A DNA stretch of 64,000 nucleotides from NCBI GenBank assembly GCA_002104905.1, contig MCFE01000211.1:62001-126000 (forward strand), read 5' to 3'. A program made the position numbers and the translations under genes. The notes under the pieces are model-generated. The model was not told the DNA's origin and searched no databases. It was given only the letters and a program-made list of their open reading frames with translations. This DNA comes from Basidiobolus meristosporus CBS 931.73. Its lineage: Eukaryota; Fungi; Basidiobolomycota. This document shows positions 1 through 10,874 of this stretch, in pieces (the stretch's first letter is position 1; each line of letters opens with the position of its first letter).

Positions 1-2
1 CG

Positions 3-3000
3 GTCATTTCTGGAGGCATGCTCACCCTAAATTCCGAGTCTGGCGAGGCTAGTAGCGCCAGTGATGTTGCTCTTGCCGCATTATGCGCATCAAAGCTGAA
101 GAAATTCCTGGAGGACCCAGATCAAAACTGTATGTAAGATACCAATGTTGGGGATCACACATAGCCTCTAACCATGATCCTCCGTTTTCCAGTGAAATAT
201 GTTGGACTCCTGGCAATGGGAAAACTCCTGACTATCTATCCCAAAGCTGTCGTGGAGCATCGAGACCTTATCCTCAATTGTGTCGAGGATTCTGATATCA
301 GTATACGCTTGAGAGCATTGGACCTTGTTGTTGGCATGGTAAAGTGGCTCAATACAGAATGACCGAAGCGTATCACGATTCTAACATCCGTTGCTGCAGA
401 CGTCCAAGAAAACACTCATGGATATCGTCAAGAGATTGATGACTCAACTCATGCCTCCTCCTGTTCCAACTGCCGCCTTCCCCACTGCAACTGCTTTCCA
501 GGACCCATCCTACCGACGAATCATTGTCGACCGCATTTTGTCGATCTGTTCTCATAATTCATACTCGAACATCACGAATTTCGGATGGTATATCGCGGTG
601 TTGGTTGATTTGGTGTACATATCTGAAGTCAATGTCGGCTCCCAGCTGAGTGCGCAAATCGTTGATGTCGGAGTTAGAGTGAAGAGTGTTAGGCAATATT
701 GCGTGAAGATGATGGTATGTACATTTGGGGATTCTTATCTCGTTCCACCATATTGACCGGCCAGTTCCACCCGATCTAGTCACGCCTTTTATCCGATATC
801 GCTCTTGTCGAGTCCACAGGCCGACCAGAATCCAATTCTGACATTCTTTACGGCGCAGCCTGGATATGCGGCGAGTATTGCAAGTAGGTGGCATGCAAAC
901 GATCCTAACCATTGGCTAGGCTCTAACTTCTCCGTAGTTATTTGTCTTCAATTCCCAATACGGTCAAGGCACTCTTAAGGCCCGAAGCCTTGAGATTAAC
1001 CCCTACTGTTCAGCAGATCTATCTACATAATGTAGTCAAGATATATGCTTACTGGAGCAGACAAATTGCTGAGGATTGGAGTCATGATTCATGGAAGGAG
1101 TTCCTTGACACCACTAACACCGCAATGGAGCTGGTGCAGCCATTCTGCCACAGCAATGACTTGGAAGTCCAAGAGAGAGTGAGTATTTCCAGATTAAATG
1201 GATGGGGTCACCCGTATTGATAATTGATATTTCCTTAGGCTTATGGTGCTAGAGAGATCTTCAGGATCGTTCACTCTAAAGTCGACACGTTTACTGAGAA
1301 TCCTTCTCCTATTCTTGTAAATCTCTCGGATCTATTTTTCTCGACGGAATTGAACCCTGTTGCCCCTAAGGCTCAGAGGAAGGTGCCCATCCCTGAAGGG
1401 CTTGATATTGATGAATGGATCAACGAGCCGATTCCTGAGAGTGACAGTGAGGAAGAGGTTGATGCATACGGGGACAACAGCTTCCTTGACGATCAGTACC
1501 CCAATTCTGACAGAAAGAAAGGAGAGCCAATCGCTGAAGATCCGGAGGTTCAAAAGAGGGTAAGGCCTTGTACACATCCAGCGAAAGAGTCGTTCTAATC
1601 ATCGTACTTTACTGCAGCGTCGTGCTCAACGCGCAGAAAAGTTGAAGAATGATCCATTCTACATCTCTACCGAAGCGAACTCCATTCCTTCTTCGCCAAT
1701 TTCGGAGATCGATGTTGATTCGATACCTATTGTTGAGCTCACCATTGACGAGAAGCCTAGCTTGAAAAGCGATCGATGTAAGTGTCGTCTCTACCTTTCG
1801 TGTAAGACCATGGAACTGATATGTCTATTAGTCAACAAAAAAGGAAAGAGGAAGTCTAAGAAGAAGGATCGCTCACCGTCCCCAGAGTTGGCCCCTATTG
1901 TTTTCCAACCTGAGGAGATGCCTGAAGATGCTATGGGCTCCGGAAGTGATGACGATTCTAAGCTAGCCAAACCCGTGGCCAAGGCTGGGCTTCTGGATCA
2001 TGATTTCTCGGGACTACTTTCTGTCGATCTGTCGAAGCCACTAGGTGCTGATGAGGTAATTATACGTTAGGTATCAATGGTAGGTTGTCATACCCCGTTA
2101 ACCTCGAGACCTTTTATGCAGAAACCGCCACAATTGGCTGCCTATGCAAGCCCTGATGAATTGAGGCGAATGGAAGAGTCCAAGATGTTGAAGAAAAAGG
2201 GCAAAGGTGTCAAGAAGGTAACGATTAGGATTTTTTACTGCGCCAAGGAATACGGTCATGAATACGTTGATTACTTCAGGAAAAACCCGCCAAAAGCAAA
2301 TCCAAGAAATCCAAAAAGAAGGAGGAGCCGGCTGCCATTGAATCCCAGGATTTGATTAACCTGAGTGTGGAGCCCAAACCCGCCAAGGTACTAGCGCTTT
2401 TATTGATCGCTTAGATGTACGCTTATTAACTCAACTTGACCATCAGAAATCCAAGAAAAAGTCATCCAAAAAGCCCGAGCGAGAGGCGGAAACTGTAAAA
2501 GAAGCTCCGACGGAAGAGCTAATCAACATGTCCAACGACGACAACGCTTCGGAGGTTCTTGCCCAGGACGAAAACGTCACAATAGTAAGTGGACCTTGAG
2601 GGCACCTGTTTGCTTGTTAGATTTTGACTTGCCAAATGTAGAAGCACGCAGTACGCTGTTCCACTGCAGAAAACTCCCAGACAATGTTGGGCACATTTAT
2701 CCCAGCATTGAGTATCGATTTGGATTTGCACCATCAAGGATCAGATCATACTCCCTTGTCAGCTATGGAATTGAGCCTGACCCCATCGGCTAATCTTCGG
2801 TATGAACAATTGAATGAACAAAACATCATTCCAATCAACGAACCACTCTCCCCTGGTGACCGCAAGGTGTTGACCCTAAGGGCATTAGTTCTGGACGAAT
2901 CTTATGCCGATATGAAATTGCAAGGCTCGTTCTTTTATGTCAAACAGGTACTGAATTCAATGGCAAACCAACAACATCACGGCATCCCCGTTAACAAGTT

Positions 3001-3427
3001 TCTTTATTAGCACGAGGATGGAACCATCTCTAGACACTCGGTTGATTTCGACCATAGTATCCCACTCTCAGTACTTATGGCCCCAGTGGAGCCAATCTCA
3101 CCAGAAGCCTTCAGCGCTTGTCTCTCGAATTTCGAGGAGTTCCAGCACACGGCCACCACTAGCTTCGTAGCCAAGAATGCCACCACTGAGGAGGATTTCA
3201 AGAGCGTTCTCAATGCCATCACGCGCATCTGCGGCGTTCATGTTGTCGAACAAATACCAGGCGCCAGCTCCATTTATGGCAAAGCGATCCAAGGGTTCCA
3301 AATTGCAGGACTGATCAAACTGAACGGGCATACAACAGAGGGGATGGAACTGTCACTACAACTGAAAAGCTCCAATGAGCGATTCATCACCGGATTGGTC
3401 CACGCGGTGGAAAGCCAATATCCCTAG
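3..3427 (+). CDS. APL5: AP-3 complex subunit delta (delta-adaptin), 5'-truncated by the window edge; 13 exons visible
   Basis: Spliced translation gives KLKKFLEDPDQNLKYVGLLAM, DSDISIRLRALDLVVGM, AAWICGEY, ELNPVAPKAQRKVPIPEGLDIDEW, NDPFYI, a Lys-rich hinge and a C-terminal ear domain. Canonical introns e.g. 130-192, 339-399, 715-779, 884-937, 1179-1238, 1560-1617. Stop at 3425-3427. Confidence 0.95.
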
Positions 3428-4200
3428 TCATCTCTCTCTCAACTATATATAATATGCATTAATCTAGAAAAGCCTGTGGTGTACATCAACCAGCAGAAAT
3501 GTCTGCCACCCACATGGATTAGTACGAGTATAGCCTGTAAATAGGTTTGAAGCCTAGAAATCATCCCATTTTATTTGATGAATAAATTCGACTGTTTCGC
3601 TTCCATCGGCACCATCGTCTGTTTCGCCTCCATTGGCTCCACCGACTCCTTGTATCTCAACGCTCGAGTAGATATTGTGTTCAGGATTGCTCTACAAATG
3701 GATCCCATTCATGGATCCCATTCACTCCATCATTGCGACCATATCCACCACATATCCACATATATAGCAGCATTGGGTCCAATGGAATCAAGTCATAGTA
3801 GCAACATTGTATGCTTCCGTGCTTTAATTGTATAGATTTCATGCGGCCACGTCAGATCCAATAATCTCGGTTAGGACAATACTCATTTGGATTCATTTCT
3901 CTGCCTGATACATTGATACACTGCCTGCAAATCAATGAGATTTGGCTTAGAGACCAGCTTGATCCATCACCCCTCGAGATTATAAAGTCTCCACGGATCC
4001 GCCAGCTCCTCCTTCGCCGCACCCCTTCGCACTTTTCTGAGCACATAGACCGGCATATACTTGGCTGCCCCACTTCAGATATACATGTACATATACTTTG
4101 GTCAGCTTGCTCCAAACCACCACGTAGACTCACCTCTTAGCTATTCCAGCCAGCTTGCTTCAAATCAACCATAGTACCACGTAGACTCCCCCTTCCATTC

Positions 4201-4506
4201 ATGACTTCCACCGTTAACCCCAAACGAACACTCGACATAGAGATAGGCGAAGGCCACCGTTTCAAATTTAAAAAGTGCTATCATATCAACCCCTCCAATC
4301 CTCTGGTTTCCAGTGCTGCCACAACCCTTACTACCCTGACGATAGAATCAGTCAGCACTACTGGGCAACCGGAGAAAGCCTATGTCAAAATGGAATTAGA
4401 TAGAACAATACCTGATTATGTATTGCGCCGTAGGAACGCTATTGTCCAGGAGAGCCTGGTGCCGTCTTCTCCCGCTGTTGTGGGTGGAGCGAAAGGAAAC
4501 TTCTAG
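4201..4506 (+). CDS. Orphan small ORF (101 aa) containing LRRRNAIV; may be the last exon of a longer gene
   Basis: Open ATG-to-TAG ORF in the gap between APL5 and TFA1. The same frame is also open over 4141-4200, directly after a TAG at 4138-4140 that could be a splice acceptor. No family recognised. Confidence 0.4.
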   Translation: MTSTVNPKRTLDIEIGEGHRFKFKKCYHINPSNPLVSSAATTLTTLTIESVSTTGQPEKAYVKMELDRTIPDYVLRRRNAIVQESLVPSSPAVVGGAKGNF

Positions 4507-4866
4507 GTTTTGTGTCGAGACACGAGCTACATGTGTTATGAAGATCCGATAGAAACGCTGGGTGCAACTGGGCAATACGCTTTCATCAGTGGATGAGAAG
4601 GCAGAACGATCAGATGGTGGATATCTATGTTGAATCACATATTTAACTTGCAATACTCAGATTAGAATGGTTCATGTTGCATCATGATCATGGCTTATAA
4701 ATAATATAATTGTAGTAAAGTAACATTCTCTGGTCTTTTTCCGATTGTAAATCATGGCTGTGAGCTAAGCCACCGGCATCATTCGCTTAAATTGAGGGGG
4801 GGGATTTATTTACATGAGCGTTATCTAAGGAGTGAATTAGGTCCCTTGGCTTGAAAGCAACCCGCC

Positions 4867-6366
4867 TTAACTGATCATAAGTTTCTGCAGATGCGCGTAG
4901 TATTCGGCGTAGTCTAGATATTTGGATGGTTAATACATGTTGCTGCTTGATGGGGCGATATTGAACGCAGGGCCTACAATCCTCTCTTTCCAGAATCTCT
5001 TCTGGATCATACTGCTCTGTTTGCTCAGTAAATTCTAAACTGGTGTCTATGGCCGGGTTGACTGCCTGTGGTTTGGCGATCATCCCTGTGATGGTGCTCT
5101 TCAAATACCAGGCTGGTAAGGCATTTTGCTGCCTAAACATTCAACAAATACTTGAGTCCTGTGAATATGGGAACCGCCAGATGTTGGAATGGTACCGTTT
5201 CTTTTCAAGCTCCAGCTCACGTGCCCTAGAACTATCCTTCTTGTCATCTTCGAATATAATTCGCACCTCTCCTGCAGCCATTCCCGTATCTTGTGCGTAG
5301 CTGAGCTCCCGGTCGAATGCAGACGATCCTGTTCACAGAAGGGTTGATTAACATCCACGTCCTGTTGGCTGATATGTGAAAGTCTAGCTTACGTGCGCCG
5401 GAATCCCCATTTTTAGCGTTTGCATCTTTTGAATCGTCACCAAGGCCTTCCAGGGAGAAGCTAAAACCAGACAGATGCATTGAGTAGAAATTCAACGGGA
5501 ACATTCGTCTTACAAACAACTTACGCTGGCATCACAAGATCATCCGTTAGTTTGAGAAGTTCAATGATTGGCTTCGACTGCTCCATCAACCTGAGTGATA
5601 TCAACCCCATTAGAACCATTGGACCCCTATGTTTCTTCAGGACATGGATCTTACTTCGAATGGAACTCCTCCGAGGATTTCACATTGTCCGCGTTGTCAT
5701 TTTCCTTTAGCTCACTGCTACAGATCTCACAATGAAAAAGAAAAGTCGTCATGTCCATGAGCGATTGGACCTCCAGGGCACTGTAGGTTTTTCCGCACAT
5801 AGGACATACGTATCCCTTATTGTCGAGTTCCTAGCAGGGTGACGAAAGGGTGAACAAGGCACCAGGACCAGAAGCGCGAGTAAACCTCCCACTTACACTG
5901 CGCATCTTGGTTCGGACCAACTCACGCATTTTGTACATCTTCCACTTCACCACGTCCACAAATTGTTTGTAATCGATATAATAATACGTCTTGTCCACCG
6001 CGCGTTGCTCGGGTCTGCGGGACTCCTTCTTCGTCATGCTAGCAAAGAAACCAACAGCGCTCGTTAAGAAGGTGTGGGGGAGACAAGGGTTGACTTGGTT
6101 GGTGTGCACTCACACTTTGATGAGACGATCTTCCTTTAGTTTACCGCACACTTTATGGACCTCTCTGATAGGTAACTTTAAATACATGGCCAATTCGTCA
6201 TCTTTGACTCTAAACGTGCAAAAGTGTAAAATGGTGCAGCGCACTAGGACAGTACCGCATTCCCTACTTACGTTTCGCTTTTACTCAGAGCATCTAGTAC
6301 AGCCATGTACTTTGGCTCGTAAAAGGCTCGGCCTACTCTAGCCACCAGATTTCTAAGGATCTCCAT
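4867..6366 (-). CDS. TFA1: Transcription initiation factor TFIIE large (alpha) subunit
   Basis: Spliced translation: MEILRNLVARVGRAFYEPKY, DDELAMYLKL, YYYIDYKQFVDVVKWK, zinc ribbon CPMC...CEIC, QNALPAWYLKSTITG, final exon YYAEYYAHLQKLMIS*. The 3' end depends on my splice call. Confidence 0.9.
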
Positions 6367-6669
6367 TGAACCAACACCAAGGGAGAAAGGAGGGATAAAG
6401 AAAAGAAATCAACCACCCAGCACGAGTAAACCCACCAAAATAAACTCGATCAAATCAAAAAAACCGCCTATGCATCATCCAGTCACACTCCCGACCAAGC
6501 CCAGTGGGTCAAGGGGAATCTGGACAACACACCTCGAATCTGGTTTAAATCTAAACAACTTTCGGTGATTTCCCAAGGTCAGAGGAGGTCGAAAATTTTT
6601 GGGAAAAAAGAACCGGTATATCCCATCAAGTGTGCCCTCTACCACGCTATACTCCACTCGTATTCTACC
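6367..6669. promoter_or_regulatory. Putative bidirectional promoter between TFA1 and TIM22
   Basis: Only ~300 bp separate the divergent start codons; no specific site identified. Confidence 0.45.
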
Positions 6670-7242
6670 ATGAACGGGCCCTTCAATAGAGAACCCACAC
6701 CCAAGGAAGTGGAGCTCATCCACTCCGTCATGGAGTCTTGCCCCTTTAAGTTCGTCAGTAGTGGTGCGATAGGTTTCGCTCTGGGTGGAGTGTTTGGTAT
6801 CTTTATGTCCAGCATGGATTTCACACCCCCCGAAGCGATCGAGCAACCCACACGAGTCCAGCTCAGAAACATGTTGCGAGATATGGGGAAGAAAAGTTAC
6901 AGCACAGCCAAGAACTTCGCAGTAGTGGGTGCCATATACTCGGGAACCGAATGCATTATCGAAGGGGTATGTATCCCGAGCTCTCGCCCCCTCTGCCCCT
7001 TCTCCTAGACTAAACGGTTCTCTTGTCTTAGTATCGCGCCAAGAACGACCTGTGGAATAGTGTGTCGGCCGGTTGTATTACCGGAGGAATCTTGGCTGCA
7101 CCAAGTAAGTTCCTCCTCCTCTGCCCTCAGACACAAGCGACTAACGATTGGTTCTTTAGCTGGCCCTAGAGGAGTGGTGTTTGGATGCGGTGGGTTTGCC
7201 GCATTCTCAGCCGCGATCGATTACTTCCTTAGAGATCATTGA
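6670..7242 (+). CDS. TIM22: Mitochondrial inner-membrane translocase TIM22 (Tim17/22/23 family), 3 exons
   Basis: MESCPFK, GFALGGVFGIFM, KNFAVVGAIYSGTECIIEG, YRAKND, AGCITGG, GCGGFAAFSAAIDYFLR. Introns 6967-7031 and 7105-7159. Confidence 0.95.
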
Positions 7243-7480
7243 AGTCATTCATAATCTTGTAAATTCTCAATAAATCATTGCATATCCTGTACCCAGCCAA
7301 CCCGCACGAAACTAGCCTGATCTGTGTGAGGGAAAGATCCGTTTCGAAGACTACCCAGACTTTATATGAAAATCCCCTTGAAATTACAAATAAACCATTA
7401 AACATATACTTTCGCGTGATTAAGAAATCTCCCTGAACATAAGCCAAAGATGCTGGAGACAAGTCAACTGCATAACTATT

Positions 7481-8863
7481 CTAAGCCTGGGTCTGAGAGA
7501 GGCCTTCCTTCTCTTTGACTGGGTCTACGTGAGGCAAGGGAAAGGTTAGTCGATGAACTGCGAGCAGGGTTGGTCTGAAATGGCTTTACCGAAGTAAGGG
7601 TGGTCCATGGCCTCCTTGGGGGTCAACCGCTCTTGGTGGTCGTAGCGCAGCAGCTTGTCCAGGAAATCCAGGGCGGCGGGAGAGACGTATTTCTGATTCT
7701 CGGTTGTGATGAATTTGTTCCAGGGCTTACGGGCGTATCTACCAAGGATGGAGTTGTACTGGTTGTCCAAACGGATCTCGTATTTGTCGAGATAGGCGAA
7801 CAATTCGTCGGTGCCAAGGACCTTGGCGATCTTCACCAACTGATCGTAGTTGTCCTGGCCGTGGAAGAATGGATCCTTGCGGAAGATCATGCCAGCAAAC
7901 ATGCATCCTAAGCTCCACATGTCCAGTGAGTAATCGTATTCCTGAAGATCGACAAGAAGCTCGGGGCCTTTGAAGTATCTGGAGGCGACTCGGACGTTGT
8001 ATTCGGTGCCAGGGTGATAGAATTCAGCGAGTCCCCAGTCGATGAGGCGAAGCTACAGGGAGAGTATCATGAATGATCCACCCTTGGGCAAGACAACCTT
8101 TCGAGAACTTACCTGACGCTTCTCGTGATCAATCATGACATTGTGTGGCTTGACGTCCCGATGCATAATTCCCTTAGAGTGACAGAAATCCAATGCCTGG
8201 ATGCGGGTGCTAGGTAAGTCTCAAAGCTCGCCCCATACAGTGGCCATTGAACATTACCTTGAGCAGCTCAAATATATAGTACCGGACGTCATAATCGGTA
8301 AACTTAGGATACAAAATCTTGAAGTCGATGTTGTTGATGTGCTCAAAGATGAGGGAGGGGGTTTTGCTCTAACATATCCGAAGGAAGGGTGTCACCAGGG
8401 GGTGCAAAAACGACAAGCGCCAGATGGTCTTACCTGAGGGTCTCTGACAACATCGTACAGAGTCACGACGTTGATTCCACCAGCCAGGTTTTGCAAGATC
8501 TTGATTTCACGCTTGATCTTCTTCTTGCGTACAGGCTTCAGCACTTTGATGACCACTTTGCGGTCTTTCGCTATGTCGACCCCCTCGAAGACCTCGGAAT
8601 ATTTTCCACGGCCTACTTTACGTACGATCTCATAGTTTTCTTGGCTCCTAAACAACAGATGGGGGTGAGAATCTTTCTGAAGGCTGGCGGGAAGCAAACT
8701 TCGCCACCACCGGCTGCTTCACGTAGGCCCTTCCCAGCCAACCGCAGGTAAGGTGGAAGACAACTTACCCCCAGGAAACCTGCAGGTTATCGTAGTCCCA
8801 GTACTCTCTGGGGAGGGTTTGGTTCACGTTGGCGTAGGTTCTGGCGATACTACGAGACGACAT
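7481..8863 (-). CDS. CKA1: Casein kinase II catalytic (alpha) subunit, 6 exons
   Basis: [104 protein letters not shown]. Final exon ends ...TQA* at 7481. Confidence 0.97.
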
Positions 8864-9359
8864 GGCGGTTAGGCGAGGTACGGAGCTTAACAAAGCAACG
8901 AGTTTCTAGGTAAACAAACACTCACGAGAAACTTTTGGGCTCATTTGGGTATTTTTTTCGTGGAGATTTGATTTGGTTTGCATCTCGTCCAATTCCCAAC
9001 AAATCGCTTTTTCCCGATGCCAGCTTGAGCCATTATTTGGGTGTGTGTTGGCAAATGAGGGTCGCCCCTGGGGCGGGATTGGCTGCCAAGGGATGTGGAT
9101 TTGGGATGGATCTCTCTTGGTGCCTGAGATGGCCCTCTCCGTCATGTGCCAGCGTTTGCTGATGGGTCGAGTCTATATGAGGAGCAAGCGGGATTAATTT
9201 ACTGCATATATTCTGCGCTTATTATACCGGTGGCCTTGGTTGATGTGATGTACGTTTTGATTGAGGCTTCTGGAGAGATGCGGAGGTTTTTAATTGACGT
9301 GAGATCTTCCTGAACATATTCCACATGTATATTTTACCAAGTATAAAAGAGAATGCACC

Positions 9360-10400
9360 GCTTTTCTATTCAAGTCAAAAGTGCCTAATCAACTTGTTAC
9401 AATGCTCCTGCTCAACCAAATATTCACATGAACTAAATCTACTTGCAATCAAAGATATACAAACTTGCCTCTAACCAATAGCTTTGTAAATATGTCTGCA
9501 ATCAATTGGCCAGTAAGCCAAGATAGGTAACCTATCTTTTATAGCTTCTCTGAAGAAACCATGGTGAATATCCAGAATCTTGGCTATAGCATGCAGGTTG
9601 GATTTCTACCAAATTGGATGTTTCCTTGCCTATTTTGAGATTCAGTGGTGAAGGATTTTTGATATACCCCCAAGATCATTAAGAAGTCTCCCTACCTCAG
9701 TGCTTGCTTTGTGGCCTTGCAGGTATCCATATACTTGGCTTTTGCAGTGGAAAGTGCCACATTCAGGCTGTTTTCTTGAATATCTAAGCAGATCCTCTAC
9801 GGGACCTTTCTAATCTTAATGCATGAGTTGTTAGTTTTGCAATTATATCCCAGGTATTCACTCAAGCTAGTCACTTGGACTGTAGTCTACAAATCTTAGA
9901 GAACCCTGCCAAAAGTTCTTGTTGGCGATTTACTTCAGGTCAATCCCAAGAAGGAGCATGGTCAGAATTCTCCAAGATTTGTAGGTAATAATATAAGTGA
10001 CTAAGTTAGGGCAAAATTATAGGTGTAACTAAAAGCTTTTACAGCAGTCCCACTCAACTAAACTAGTCATATTAGCTAGTCCATAACTGATGATGTAAGG
10101 TATCAAATTTGTCTCTAGCTAATGGTATTGTAAATATGTCTGCAAACATTTCATACTGTAGGACAGTAATATAAGGTAACTAAATTATTTGCTATAGCTT
10201 TCACTATGAAAAAATGTTTAACATATATGTGCTCAGTCCTAGCATGACAAGTTGGATTATTACCTAATTCTATACATCCTTGATATTTTAGAACTATTGA
10301 AGTAGGGACTTTTAGACATAGTAAATAATTCTTTAAAAAGTACTCTTAGACACATTGCTTCCTTTGAAGCCAACAGGCTGCCACATACTCTGTCTCTGTG
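9360..10400 (-). mobile_element. Highly degenerate Ty1/copia fragments (RT/RNase H and a partial LTR end)
   Basis: Recognisable similarity to the RNase H region (ADIFTK-like) and to the LTR end plus PPT of the family-1 copia at 10875-15560. No long ORF. Confidence 0.7.
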
Positions 10401-10874
10401 GTGCCAAGTGCAACAGTTGCTTGCTCTCTTGGATTATATGAAATTGCTCCTTTGCAGTACCCTATGAAAAATAATCTGGTTCCACATGGTGGATCCAATC
10501 CAAATCAGCCAGTCAGGATCCTGTCTGGAGACCACCATAATACCAGCAGCTTGGAGTTAGTGACCCACTTGACAATCTTATGACAGGCTCACAATGGCAT
10601 TTTGCTAATTCTACTGCCAAATAAAGTTATAATACTTGATGGGGTTTGATTGGTGATGTGACAATAATTGCATGGCAATGTTACAGTCTTAATGTGCTCT
10701 ACAATTATTTTAAATGGATCTAACTAGGCAGTACATCCAATTGCCTTATATGGCAAAAAACTTGATGGTATTTTGACTACAGCTAGTTCTGTATAATGAT
10801 TCTGTACCAATTTACCAAGTAGTATTTCCTTTTTCTACCTCCCTTGTGCAATTCATATATTCCACTGTAGAATC

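Noticed and set aside
3688-3843. Kelch-like ICGGYGRNDG...WDPF in a 55-codon minus-strand frame
   Set aside because: Single short match, no further repeats and no supporting gene structure.
5991-8751. ORFs 5991-6341(+), 6475-6846(-), 7600-7911(-), 8201-8437(+), 8389-8751(+)
   Set aside because: Antisense or alternative-frame shadows of TFA1, TIM22 and CKA1.
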